A DNA stretch of 51,471 bases from an uncultured bacterium (GTDB taxonomy: Bacteria; UBP7; UBA6624): NCBI GenBank assembly GCA_964012435.1, contig CAXGSM010000009.1, positions 1 to 51,471 of the forward strand. The letters are read 5' to 3'. The translations under genes were made by a program, and so were the position numbers. Position 1 is the stretch's first letter; every line of letters begins with the position of its first letter. Shown in pieces: positions 40,618 to 49,980 of this stretch. Under the pieces are notes generated by a model. It was not told the DNA's origin, ran no database searches, and worked only from the letters and a program-made list of their open reading frames with translations.

Positions 40618-41385
40618 ATGAGCTTATTTGGATCTGACATAATTGAAACATTTCAAAAAAAAAGAATAAGAAGATTGGCTGTTTCAGGAGATCCTTTTTG
40701 TCGAATATTTTCTGAATTTGGTGATTCAGGTATAAATTTATTCTCAGCAAATAAAGACAGGATGTGCTATGAACTTCATACTTATTTGCTGACAGCAAAA
40801 AAACCAATAAATTTCAATGGAGCAACAATTTCAAAAATAGCAGAAGAAAAGCCTGTCTTGAAAAATGGCATCTACACAAATGTTGAAAAAATATTAAATG
40901 ATATGGAAAGCGGAAGCATATCCAAAGGCTTGACTTTGAACTCGCTGCTTATAGCTATAAACAACTGGGAACAATCAAACGAAGACTGGAAAGATGTTTA
41001 TGAAAGAATTGGAAACTGGAATCTCCAAAGATATCAAATGTTTTCAGAAAGCTACCAAAGTTTTGTATTGAATGAAAACATATCAAAAATAGCAGAATGC
41101 TTTACATTTGACGCAATATTCATCAACATGCATGAAACGCCAAAAGAAACCAGATTATCACTTGTTGCAAAAAAGCTCGGCTACAGCAAAGAGAATCATG
41201 AAAGTGAATTCCTTTCAGACCTTTCTGCATTTTGGAAAAATGAAGGCTCTATACTTCCAAATCTGTACATATTATGTCCAAAAGAAAAAGAAATAACCAT
41301 TGAGAAAAATTTCAAATTCGCATCGGGCTTAAGGAAGGAAAACATTATCATTGAGGGAGAAGAAGCACTATGGATGAAAACATAA
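40618..41385 (+). CDS. Hypothetical protein
   Basis: 255-aa ORF starting immediately after the HD-GYP stop and overlapping the rpiB start. Confidence 0.75.
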   Translation: MSLFGSDIIETFQKKRIRRLAVSGDPFCRIFSEFGDSGINLFSANKDRMCYELHTYLLTAKKPINFNGATISKIAEEKPVLKNGIYTNVEKILNDMESGSISKGLTLNSLLIAINNWEQSNEDWKDVYERIGNWNLQRYQMFSESYQSFVLNENISKIAECFTFDAIFINMHETPKETRLSLVAKKLGYSKENHESEFLSDLSAFWKNEGSILPNLYILCPKEKEITIEKNFKFASGLRKENIIIEGEEALWMKT

Positions 41386-41810
41386 AAATTGCTATATCAT
41401 GCGATCATGCAGGTAAAAAATTATCAGATTACATAATAAAAAAATTAAATAAAAAATTTTTATTCATAAATCTAAATCCACCCTCTGATGAATCAGTTGA
41501 TTACCCGGATTATGCACATGAAGTTTGCGATAACATTAACAAAGGTAATGTTGAATATGGTATATTGATTTGCGGTAGCGGCATTGGGATGTCAATGGCT
41601 GCAAATAGGCACAAAAACATAAGGGCAGCAAGGGTCCATGATCGAAACGCAGTGACAATGACCAGAAAGCACAATAATGCAAATGTTTTATGCCTAGGTG
41701 AAAGGATGATAGACAAAAACGAAGCAGTAAAATTAGTTGAACTGTTTCTTGAGACAAAATTCGAAGGAGGCAGACATCAAAAAAGAATTGATAAAATTGA
41801 AATAGACTGA
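41370..41810 (+). CDS. rpiB: Ribose-5-phosphate isomerase B
   Basis: DHAG, SVDYPD, ICGSGIGMSMAANR, RKHNNANVL, FEGGRH..R. Confidence 0.97.
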   Translation: MDENIKIAISCDHAGKKLSDYIIKKLNKKFLFINLNPPSDESVDYPDYAHEVCDNINKGNVEYGILICGSGIGMSMAANRHKNIRAARVHDRNAVTMTRKHNNANVLCLGERMIDKNEAVKLVELFLETKFEGGRHQKRIDKIEID

Positions 41811-41818
41811 ATATAAAA

Positions 41819-42112
41819 ATGAAGAAATTATTAGAAAAAATATTTGCAAATTTTAAAAAAAGCAATCAGCAAAAAAAACCAGAAACAATATCAAAAAGGC
41901 AAAAAAACATATACAAAAACAAAATGCTTGATTTTAGAAATTCTGGCAATATAGTATGCTCAGAACAAAAGGTTATCAACTTCATACAGCTCAAAATACA
42001 AAAAAACAAAAACACAAAAACAAGTAAGGAAATAATTGAAATATTGTCTCGAGATGGTTGTTTGCAGAGGTTTTCGGTTAAAGATAAACCGTACATATAT
42101 ATAAAGTTTTAA
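41819..42112 (+). CDS. Hypothetical basic protein
   Basis: 97-aa Lys-rich ORF co-directional with its neighbours and filling the gap. Confidence 0.55.
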   Translation: MKKLLEKIFANFKKSNQQKKPETISKRQKNIYKNKMLDFRNSGNIVCSEQKVINFIQLKIQKNKNTKTSKEIIEILSRDGCLQRFSVKDKPYIYIKF

Positions 42113-42232
42113 ATGGACGAAAAACAAAAGAACTGGATAAATGTCATACTAGTTGGACTGTCTTCTGGATTATTGTTTTCACTTGTAATTTGGGGAATAA
42201 TCCAACTATCTTCCATTTTTAAAACTCAATAA
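42113..42232 (+). CDS. Small (39 aa) single-TM protein
   Basis: Not in the track. ATG immediately after the previous stop; MDEKQKNWINVILVGLSSGLLFSLVIWGIIQLSSIFKTQ. Confidence 0.55.
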   Translation: MDEKQKNWINVILVGLSSGLLFSLVIWGIIQLSSIFKTQ

Positions 42233-42253
42233 GATATAATAGCATCTTACGTT

Positions 42254-42868
42254 ATGTCGATTAAACAGAAAAAAGTTGCTCTTTCTAGAAAGTTGGGAAT
42301 GAATGTTGTTGGAACACATCGTGACCCTCTCGCAAGAAGGAAACATCCTCCTGGCCAACATGGAACAAACATGAGGAGGAGAAAATCTAGTGATTACAAA
42401 ATAAGACTTTTAGAAAAGCAAAGACTTAGAGCTATTTACAACCTTAAAGAAAGAAAATTTGCTAGCTATGTAAGAGAATCCAAAAACAAAAAAGGATCTT
42501 CAGAACAAATATTAATGCGATTGCTTGAATCCAGACTAGACACAGTAGCTTTAAAAAGTGGTTTTGCAAGAACGCAAAGAGAGTCTAGGCAACTGGTTGT
42601 TCATGGTCACTTTTATGTAAATGGCAGAAAAGCAGACAAGCCATCTTTTGCATGCAGGCCAGGAGATGTAATATCTCTAAAGCCAGGCTCTATGAAAAAA
42701 CCTTTCTTCAAGGAAAAAGTTTCAGAGGTAATTGGCAGAGGGTCTCCAAGATGGATCATTGTTAATCAGGATAAATGGACAGCAAAATACGAACGCCATC
42801 CAGAAGTTGATGAAATTCCTATCACTGAGGAATTGAATCTTGGTTACATTATGGAATATTACGCTTAA
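42254..42868 (+). CDS. rpsD: 30S ribosomal protein S4 (stand-alone, no zinc-ribbon Cys)
   Basis: PPGQHG, SDY..RL.EKQ, LESRLD, RQLVVHGH, C-terminal EYY. Confidence 0.97.
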   Translation: MSIKQKKVALSRKLGMNVVGTHRDPLARRKHPPGQHGTNMRRRKSSDYKIRLLEKQRLRAIYNLKERKFASYVRESKNKKGSSEQILMRLLESRLDTVALKSGFARTQRESRQLVVHGHFYVNGRKADKPSFACRPGDVISLKPGSMKKPFFKEKVSEVIGRGSPRWIIVNQDKWTAKYERHPEVDEIPITEELNLGYIMEYYA

Positions 42869-43710
42869 AAAAGTTCCAAGAAACCATCAAACATTTTTTT
42901 CACTGGTCCCTTGCATGTCAAAGAAGCATCTCCAAAAGAAACCTCTAGCGTTCCTCCGTTAGATTGTGTTTTAATAATTTCTATATCTTTTTCAAGCTTT
43001 TTATTTATGCATATCGAAGAGGCCAGTGAGCCAGAGCCGCATGACAATGTTCTGCCAACGCCTCTTTCGTATGTTTCAATGGAATATTCACCCAGCTTAT
43101 TTATTCTTTTTATAAAATGAACATTAACTCCAAAAGGAAAATTTTCATTCATTGAAGCTTTTTCGAAGATCTTCGAATAATCACTTTCTCTTAAGTTAGC
43201 TTCGAAATCCAAAGACACAACAAAATGTGGATTTCCAATACCTGAAACAGACCAACCATTTATGCCGTCTATATTGACCTGAGTGCATTCAAAATCATCA
43301 ATAATATCTTTTTTCAAATTTACTGAAAAGCAATTCTTTTTTTGGGATATATTATCTATTTGCCATTTTTCACTTAATTGTGAAGATATCCATTTATCCA
43401 ACGCTAAAGAAGTCCAGGCCCAAGATAATCTCTCTTTATGCAAATAACAATAAGCAACTGCTATACGAAAACCATTCAATGAAAACTCACCATTGCTTCC
43501 GTCCCTATTGTAGATATCACACCTTATCAATTCATCATTAATGATATCTACGAAAAGAACACCATCAGCATCAATATAACTTTTTGAATTTGTAATTTTT
43601 TCCGAAAAAACAGGCCTATCTTGATTTTCTAATGAGCTACCATCAACAATGATAAAAGAATTGCCAGCAGCAATCCATTTTTCAAAATTTATTCCTTGTC
43701 TATTAGCCAA
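42865..43710 (-). CDS. dapF: Diaminopimelate epimerase-like protein (first catalytic Cys replaced by Ser)
   Basis: GN.F, ADG, YNRDGS, GNPHFV, FP.GVNV, YERGVG.TLSCGSG, GGTL, GP. Confidence 0.85.
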   Translation of the reverse strand: MANRQGINFEKWIAAGNSFIIVDGSSLENQDRPVFSEKITNSKSYIDADGVLFVDIINDELIRCDIYNRDGSNGEFSLNGFRIAVAYCYLHKERLSWAWTSLALDKWISSQLSEKWQIDNISQKKNCFSVNLKKDIIDDFECTQVNIDGINGWSVSGIGNPHFVVSLDFEANLRESDYSKIFEKASMNENFPFGVNVHFIKRINKLGEYSIETYERGVGRTLSCGSGSLASSICINKKLEKDIEIIKTQSNGGTLEVSFGDASLTCKGPVKKMFDGFLELF

Positions 43711-44510
43711 GAAGCAAACCCTCCTAGAACAGAATCCTCTAGATCCATCTTTCTCAATAAGTCTTTTTGCACTGCCATTGCAGCTTCCATTTTTATCTTT
43801 GATTGATTCTTCTTAAGATTATCTTGAAAATCAAAATAATCATCTCTGTATTGGAAATAAGCACCAAATCTTCCAGCAAATTTAAATAAATGCTCAAAAC
43901 GATTCTCATCAAATGCATCCGTCCCCCAGATCATTCGAGCCTCAAATTCAGCTGCACGTGCTATCTTCTCAAAAAAATGAGCTGTTTTCATATAATTAAT
44001 CCTCTCTTGAGTGATACCTCTTTCAAGACCTAGATCAAGTGCCTGCCCTCCAATGACGCTATCCGGCATTAACATTTCTGAAAAAGGAAAAGAATTACCT
44101 GTACCTGACTTATAAGACATGCCCAATAAAACATTACTTGCAAGCAATGCTGTAGATTCTCCAAACTTTTTCCACAATGAAGGCTTTCCTCTCCGTAACA
44201 CATCATTATCCATACATGGCAAATCATCTTGAATCAATGTAAATGCATGAAAAAATTCAAACGAACATGCTATTGATAAAATTCCATGAGCTGATGCATC
44301 ACTTTTTAAACCTTTATTCTTTGGGGCAATACTTTCAAAAACTGCTAAATAAAACAAAGGTCTGACTCTTTTTCCCCCACTGAAAAGCGCATAAGAAACC
44401 GCATCTTTTAAAACAGATACCCCATCAAGCGAATCAACATGAAGCATCATCTCCTTTTCAATTAATGGTTTCCAAAAATTAATGAATATCTCTGTTTTAT
44501 CTTTTAACAT
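43689..44510 (-). CDS. Short-chain polyprenyl diphosphate synthase (IspA-like)
   Basis: GGKRVRP, FARM LIQDDLPCMDND..RRGKP, GGQALD, KTA, SARM FQYRDD..D. Confidence 0.88.
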   Translation of the reverse strand: MLKDKTEIFINFWKPLIEKEMMLHVDSLDGVSVLKDAVSYALFSGGKRVRPLFYLAVFESIAPKNKGLKSDASAHGILSIACSFEFFHAFTLIQDDLPCMDNDVLRRGKPSLWKKFGESTALLASNVLLGMSYKSGTGNSFPFSEMLMPDSVIGGQALDLGLERGITQERINYMKTAHFFEKIARAAEFEARMIWGTDAFDENRFEHLFKFAGRFGAYFQYRDDYFDFQDNLKKNQSKIKMEAAMAVQKDLLRKMDLEDSVLGGFASWLIDKE

Positions 44511-44525
44511 CTTGCTAATAAATTG

Positions 44526-46469
44526 CTACTCTAACCTATAACTATTCAATCTTTCATAGATAAAAAGATTCGCAAGAATTGACCTTGCATATATCCTTGG
44601 TTCTGAAAGCGTGATGGTTAAAATCCTCAAGGGATCAATTGAGCTCTCGTAACTTTCATCCTGAATGCGTTCGAGCCATGATTCAACCCTGGAAGAACCT
44701 GCATTGTAAGCAAATAAAGCAGCAACAATATCATCGTCATACCTATCAAGCATGCTCTCTAGATAGGTTGAACCGACCAATAAATTTAAATCAGGTTCTC
44801 TTAAAAGGTCTTTGACTTCTTTGGCTGAAACATCCATATGCAAGTCGTGCAAAACTGCTGCAGCTGTAGAGGGCATGACTTGTGTTAAGCCAATAGCACC
44901 TGCTGAAGACACAGCGTCAGCTTGAAATGCACTTTCCCTATGGGCTAAAGAATACAAAAGTAAACTATTTTGACCTTTGTTAAAAAAATCACCATATGGC
45001 ATTGGCCAAAAATTTGAAATTATTGTCAAAATTGCTTCTCTCGAAAACTTTTTTTGAATTATTGAATCTAACAAAAGACCAGCATAAAATCTTGCTTCAA
45101 TCCCTCTTTCTAAACTCATCAAAAGTGATGAAATCCTTAAAATATTACTGTAATTTCTTTCTCCATTTGAATATCTAAAAATTGCTTCTTTTAAAATTAT
45201 TTCAGGAATGACGCTCTCATAAACAGTAAGTTCATCTTCTTCAAAGTTGAAATTACCAGAATTTAAAAAAATAAAATCCCACCATTTGATATCATCAACT
45301 TCTTCTTTTTCAAAAACATACAAACTAAAAAAAGAAAACGGATATCTAGATAAGAGCATATTCTTGCTTTCTTCAGAATTTAAAATGGCATATTGCCAAT
45401 AAAGCTTATTTGGCTCAAGATCAGGATCATCAATTGCCATCATATATGACAGAGCCTCCTCCTTCTCAGTCATAACCTTTAGTCTGAACAAATGATATCT
45501 AGACAAATTTGCCCTAGAGCCTTTTGGGTATCTGGCCAGATACCTTTTATATTCTTTTTCAGCAGCATTAAGCCTACCAAGATAAAAAAGATATCCTGCC
45601 TTTCTATATATAGCATCCTCCCCTCCACCATTTATAGCCATCTCCTCAAGAGAATCAAGTGCTTCTTCTGGATTTCCAGTAGCAGATGAAATCTTTGAAT
45701 TTAAGCTAAGGTAATCTAAATAATGGTAATCAGCTACACCCTGCTTGCTCCATCTTTCAAGCATTATTTTTGCTTCTTTATTTTTTGAAAATCTATGATT
45801 GCCCCAGGATAAAATAAAATCCCTTAAATCAGCATGGGGAGAAAGCTGTCCCAGTTTCTGATAATCAAAATTCACATTCCAGCCTCTAACTAAATTAAAA
45901 CAATTTTCAACATCAGATCTGGAAATGTTTTTTTTATAAGAAAGATTTTTAATAATAAAATCTGCCCAATCTTTTTTTACTTTAGCTGAGGAGGTGTTTT
46001 CAAGAAACCGATAATAAGGTTCTATTTCATCTGAAGATAAAAAATTTAACGTATATGTTTCGCTAAAAAAATGCAACATTATTTCAGCATTTTGCGAATA
46101 GGTCATGTTTGAAGAAAAGTGATCAAGATAAGATTGAACTTCATTTTTTGAAAAAACCTCTTGCTTCATTAAGGTAATCACAATTTCAGCGAACTCAAAA
46201 CAAGAAGACTCACAATGGTTATGCCATAATGAAAAATGCCTTTTTGCTTCTTGATAATTTTCTAAATTAATTTTTTCCTTAATGTAGTAAGCAGAAAAGT
46301 CATCTTTTAGTGATTCAGGAAAAACATCAACTTCATTAGGCTTTAAATTAGAAAATTTTTTCAAATTTTGAAAAAGCCAAACCCTTTCAGGATCTATATT
46401 TTTTGAATAAAGACTGGTTTTAGAAAAAAGAAAAAGAAAGAAAAGTGATAAAAATAATCTTTTTTTCAG
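44526..46469 (-). CDS. Soluble lytic transglycosylase (Slt70-like, helical/TPR N-terminus) with signal peptide
   Basis: RES.F...AVS.AGA.GL.QVMP.TA, NL..G..YL, AYNAG. The frame is open 35 codons upstream of the track start (46364) to CTG 46469, adding KKRLFLSLFFLFLFSKTSLYS. Confidence 0.88.
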   Translation of the reverse strand: MKKRLFLSLFFLFLFSKTSLYSKNIDPERVWLFQNLKKFSNLKPNEVDVFPESLKDDFSAYYIKEKINLENYQEAKRHFSLWHNHCESSCFEFAEIVITLMKQEVFSKNEVQSYLDHFSSNMTYSQNAEIMLHFFSETYTLNFLSSDEIEPYYRFLENTSSAKVKKDWADFIIKNLSYKKNISRSDVENCFNLVRGWNVNFDYQKLGQLSPHADLRDFILSWGNHRFSKNKEAKIMLERWSKQGVADYHYLDYLSLNSKISSATGNPEEALDSLEEMAINGGGEDAIYRKAGYLFYLGRLNAAEKEYKRYLARYPKGSRANLSRYHLFRLKVMTEKEEALSYMMAIDDPDLEPNKLYWQYAILNSEESKNMLLSRYPFSFFSLYVFEKEEVDDIKWWDFIFLNSGNFNFEEDELTVYESVIPEIILKEAIFRYSNGERNYSNILRISSLLMSLERGIEARFYAGLLLDSIIQKKFSREAILTIISNFWPMPYGDFFNKGQNSLLLYSLAHRESAFQADAVSSAGAIGLTQVMPSTAAAVLHDLHMDVSAKEVKDLLREPDLNLLVGSTYLESMLDRYDDDIVAALFAYNAGSSRVESWLERIQDESYESSIDPLRILTITLSEPRIYARSILANLFIYERLNSYRLE

Positions 46470-48010
46470 AGTGGTATATTCCCATGCTTTCTTGGAGGCA
46501 TCTTTTCTCTTTTGGATTTATAAAATCTCAAAGCTTCTATCAGTTTTGGCCTAGTGTCTATAGGATCTATAACCTCATCAACATAACCTCTTTCTGCAGC
46601 AATATATGGAGTTGCAATATTTGTTTCATAATCATGAATCAACTCCTTACGTTTTTCATCTTTATCTTTTGCATCTTTAATATCTTTTCTAAAAATAATA
46701 TTTATTGCACCCTCTGCTCCCATTACTGCAAATTCAGCAGAAGGCCATGCTAGATTCAAATCAGCTCCCAATTGTTTTGGAGCCATCACACAATAAGCAC
46801 CACCATAAGCCTTCCTTGTAACAACAGTTAACAATGGTACTGTACATTCCGAGTAGGCATGAAGTAGCTTTGCTCCATGTCTTATTATGCCCTGGTGCTC
46901 TTGATCCTTTCCTGGTAAAAAACCAGGGACATCGACAAAAGAAACAACAGGAATGTTAAAAGAGTCACAAAATCTGATAAATCGTGCAGATTTATTACAT
47001 GAGTCAGAATCTAGACAACCTGCTAAAACATTAGGCTGATTTGCAATTATGCCTATAGCATAACCATCCAATCTTCCAAACCCTACAACTATATTTTTAG
47101 CCCAAGATGACTGAACCTCAAAAAAAGAATTGTCGTCTAAAACAAAATCAAGAATTTCTTTCATGTCATAAGGCTTGTCAGAGCTGTCAGGAATAATCTC
47201 TCTTAATTTATTCTCTCTTCTTTGTGTATCTTGAACGCTTGAATCTTTTCTAGATTGATGTATCTTGTTGTTCGATGGAATGTAATTAAGCAGCTCTCTA
47301 ACTGACTTCAAACATTCAACTTCATTTTCGGAAACAAAATGAGAAACTCCACTTTTTTGAGTATGAACAGAGGCCCCTCCTAAATCTTCAAAAGTGACTT
47401 CTTCATGAAGAACTGTCTTGATTACATCAGGACCGGTTAAAAACATATGGCTTGTACCCTTTGTCATAAAAACAAAATCCATCAAACCTGGAGAGTAAAC
47501 AGCACCTCCAGCGCATGGACCTAAGATACAAGCTATCTGCGGAACCACACCGCTTGATAAAGTATTTTCCTTAAAAATGCTAGCATAGCCCGCCAGAGAA
47601 ACAACACCTTCCTGTATCCTTGCGCCACCAGAGTCTTGTATTGCAATCACAGGAACTCCAACCTTCCTTCCTGTTTGGATTATTTTGACTATTTTTTCAG
47701 CATGCCTTTCACCAAGAGAACCCCCCATAACAGTGAAGTCCTGACTATAAACAAGGACTCTACGCCCATTCACCTTTCCAAAACCAGCAACTAAGCCATC
47801 ACCTAAAAATTCTTTCTTTTCGCCTATGGGCAGGGGAGAGGATTTGATAAATAAACCTAACTCTCTAAAAGAGCCATCATCTAGCAAAACCTCTAATCTT
47901 TCTCTAGCGGTTAGTTTTCCTTTTTCATGTTGTTTTTCAATTGCTGAAGTTCCTCCTCCAAGTTTTGCCTTGGATATTAAACCTCTTAATTTTTCAATTC
48001 TCTTCTTCAT
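46466..48010 (-). CDS. pccB: Acyl-CoA carboxylase carboxyltransferase subunit (propionyl-CoA carboxylase beta type)
   Basis: QHEKGKLTARER, QDFTV.GGS, DSGGARIQEG, GPCAGGAVYSP, DVPGFLPG..QE, RKAYGGAY, KHGNIPL. Confidence 0.9.
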   Translation of the reverse strand: MKKRIEKLRGLISKAKLGGGTSAIEKQHEKGKLTARERLEVLLDDGSFRELGLFIKSSPLPIGEKKEFLGDGLVAGFGKVNGRRVLVYSQDFTVMGGSLGERHAEKIVKIIQTGRKVGVPVIAIQDSGGARIQEGVVSLAGYASIFKENTLSSGVVPQIACILGPCAGGAVYSPGLMDFVFMTKGTSHMFLTGPDVIKTVLHEEVTFEDLGGASVHTQKSGVSHFVSENEVECLKSVRELLNYIPSNNKIHQSRKDSSVQDTQRRENKLREIIPDSSDKPYDMKEILDFVLDDNSFFEVQSSWAKNIVVGFGRLDGYAIGIIANQPNVLAGCLDSDSCNKSARFIRFCDSFNIPVVSFVDVPGFLPGKDQEHQGIIRHGAKLLHAYSECTVPLLTVVTRKAYGGAYCVMAPKQLGADLNLAWPSAEFAVMGAEGAINIIFRKDIKDAKDKDEKRKELIHDYETNIATPYIAAERGYVDEVIDPIDTRPKLIEALRFYKSKREKMPPRKHGNIPL

Positions 48011-48393
48011 GATATTATTTCCATCAATATACCCATTGTAAATTTAGGATTAAAGAACAATGCTCCACCGCCATCAATTCCAGCCTGTCTTGAGGACTCT
48101 ACTGTTTCAAAACCCAAAGAATTAAATTTTTTTTCAGTTTTATTTAAATCTGAAACTTTAAAAGCAATATGATGAAAACCTTCTCCTCTTTTTTCTAAGA
48201 ACCTTTTCAAAACACCTTCTCCAACAGGTTCCAACAACTCAATGTTTACATTTCCAACCTTTAACATTGCTATTTCAGCATTTTCTCTTTCGTATTTTTT
48301 CCTGTAAGAAACCTCTCCTTTCAAAGCTATTTTCCACAAAGAAAGAGCTTTGTCTATGCTTCTAACTACAATCCCTAAATGAGCAATTTTCAT
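48007..48393 (-). CDS. mce: Methylmalonyl-CoA epimerase (VOC fold)
   Basis: HLGIVV, IELLEP, FLEKRGEGFHHIAF.V, F..PK...G.L.E; ATGA-coupled to pccB. Confidence 0.9.
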   Translation of the reverse strand: MKIAHLGIVVRSIDKALSLWKIALKGEVSYRKKYERENAEIAMLKVGNVNIELLEPVGEGVLKRFLEKRGEGFHHIAFKVSDLNKTEKKFNSLGFETVESSRQAGIDGGGALFFNPKFTMGILMEIIS

Positions 48394-48435
48394 AATTTTT
48401 AATTCTATAACCTTAAAAGAGTTAGAATATTTCTA

Positions 48436-49980
48436 ATGGCTTTTAGAAGAATCACCCCAAGTAAAGGCAAAAGTAAACGCCCTAAGATAAAAAGTATGCT
48501 TATCGCAAACAGAGGAGAAATTGCGCTTCGAATAATAAGAGCAGGTTGGGAATTAGGAATCAGATGTGTAATAGCATCTAGTGAAATAGACATAGATTCC
48601 TTGCCTTCAAGAGTGGCTGATAGTGTATTTAACCTAGGTCCAGGCAATGCCGCAGAGACATATCTAGACATTGAAAAAATAATTCAAGCAGCTAAAAGAT
48701 CAAAAGTTGAAGCTATACATCCTGGATATGGATTCCTTTCAGAAAATGCAAGATTCGCTAAAAGATGCGAAGAGGAAGGAATAATCTTCATAGGCCCCTA
48801 CGCAGACGCAATGGAGAAATTAGGAGACAAGGTCTGGGGCAGAAAAAAAGCAAAAGACTTAAAAATACCAACAATACCTGGTTCAAAAGGTGTCGTTAAC
48901 GATGTTAAAACAGCAATGAAAATCTCAAGAAAAATCGGCTTTCCTGTTTTAATTAAAGCTGCTGCAGGCGGAGGGGGAAGAGGGATGAGGGTTGTTGAAA
49001 AAATGCAAGATCTAAAAGATGCATTTGAATCTGCACAATCTGAAGCAAAATTAGCTTTTGGCGATGGATCATGTTTTATAGAGAGATACCTTGCAAAACC
49101 AAGACATGTAGAAATACAAGCAATGAGAGATTCACATGGAAGATTTATACATTTGTATGAAAGGGAATGCTCAATACAAAGAAGGCATCAAAAACTGCTA
49201 GAAGAAGCCCCTTCATTAGCGGTCTCAACATTAATGAGAAAAAGAATGATAGATGCATCTAAAGCTTTGACGAAGGCTGCAAAATACCATGGAGTTTGTA
49301 CTGTTGAATTTTTAGTTGATGGCAAAAATTTTTATTTTATAGAGGTGAACACTCGTGTTCAGGTTGAACACCCAGTGACAGAAAAAATTACAGGGATTGA
49401 CATAATAAGAGCAGGAATAAGAATAGCTGGCAAGGAAAGAATCCCCTTTACCCAAAGGCAAGTAAGAAGAACTGGTCATGCTATTGAATGCAGAATAAAT
49501 GCAGAAGATCCAAGATTTGGATTTGCTCCAACTCCCGGAACAGTTGAAGAGTTGATACTTCCAGCAGGACCTGGAATAAGAGTTGATACTCACTTATGTC
49601 CCGGATATACAGTACCTTCAATTTACGACTCTCTAATAGCAAAAGTCATTTCTTACGGAAGAACAAGAAAAGAAGCAATAACCAGAATGGAGAGAGCCTT
49701 AAGAGAGATGGTTGTAAGAGGTTTTACGACAACTGCTCCTTTTCATAGGAGGCTGCTGTCCCATAAAAGCTTTAGGAATGGAAAAGTATGGACTAGATTT
49801 GTGGAATATCAAGGCAGTAAATTAACCGAGCCTAGCGAAGAGGAAAACAAGCAAGCGGTTTTAGCTGCAGCCATACTTCTCGCTGATGAGGAAAACCATC
49901 CAGATGTTGACAACAGTCAAGATGTTGAAGAAAATTGGAATTCAAATAACAATGAGGAGTTTGAAGAAAATTGGAACTAA
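48436..49980 (+). CDS. accC: Biotin carboxylase subunit of an acyl-CoA carboxylase
   Basis: LIANRGEIA.R, IHPGYGFLSEN, KAAAGGGGRGM, ERECSIQRRHQK, EVNTR.QVEHPVTE, YDSLIAK. Confidence 0.93.
   Translation: MAFRRITPSKGKSKRPKIKSMLIANRGEIALRIIRAGWELGIRCVIASSEIDIDSLPSRVADSVFNLGPGNAAETYLDIEKIIQAAKRSKVEAIHPGYGFLSENARFAKRCEEEGIIFIGPYADAMEKLGDKVWGRKKAKDLKIPTIPGSKGVVNDVKTAMKISRKIGFPVLIKAAAGGGGRGMRVVEKMQDLKDAFESAQSEAKLAFGDGSCFIERYLAKPRHVEIQAMRDSHGRFIHLYERECSIQRRHQKLLEEAPSLAVSTLMRKRMIDASKALTKAAKYHGVCTVEFLVDGKNFYFIEVNTRVQVEHPVTEKITGIDIIRAGIRIAGKERIPFTQRQVRRTGHAIECRINAEDPRFGFAPTPGTVEELILPAGPGIRVDTHLCPGYTVPSIYDSLIAKVISYGRTRKEAITRMERALREMVVRGFTTTAPFHRRLLSHKSFRNGKVWTRFVEYQGSKLTEPSEEENKQAVLAAAILLADEENHPDVDNSQDVEENWNSNNNEEFEENWN

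Noticed and set aside
37708..42250. Genomic island integrated at the tRNA-Met genes
   Set aside because: No integrase or duplicated tRNA 3' end seen; the GGDEF block lies on the tRNA 5' side and continues into rpiB and rpsD.
46420..46460. Purine-rich low-complexity tract (AAAAAG repeats) as a terminator or phase-variable repeat
   Set aside because: Explained as Phe/Leu codons of the transglycosylase signal peptide on the minus strand.
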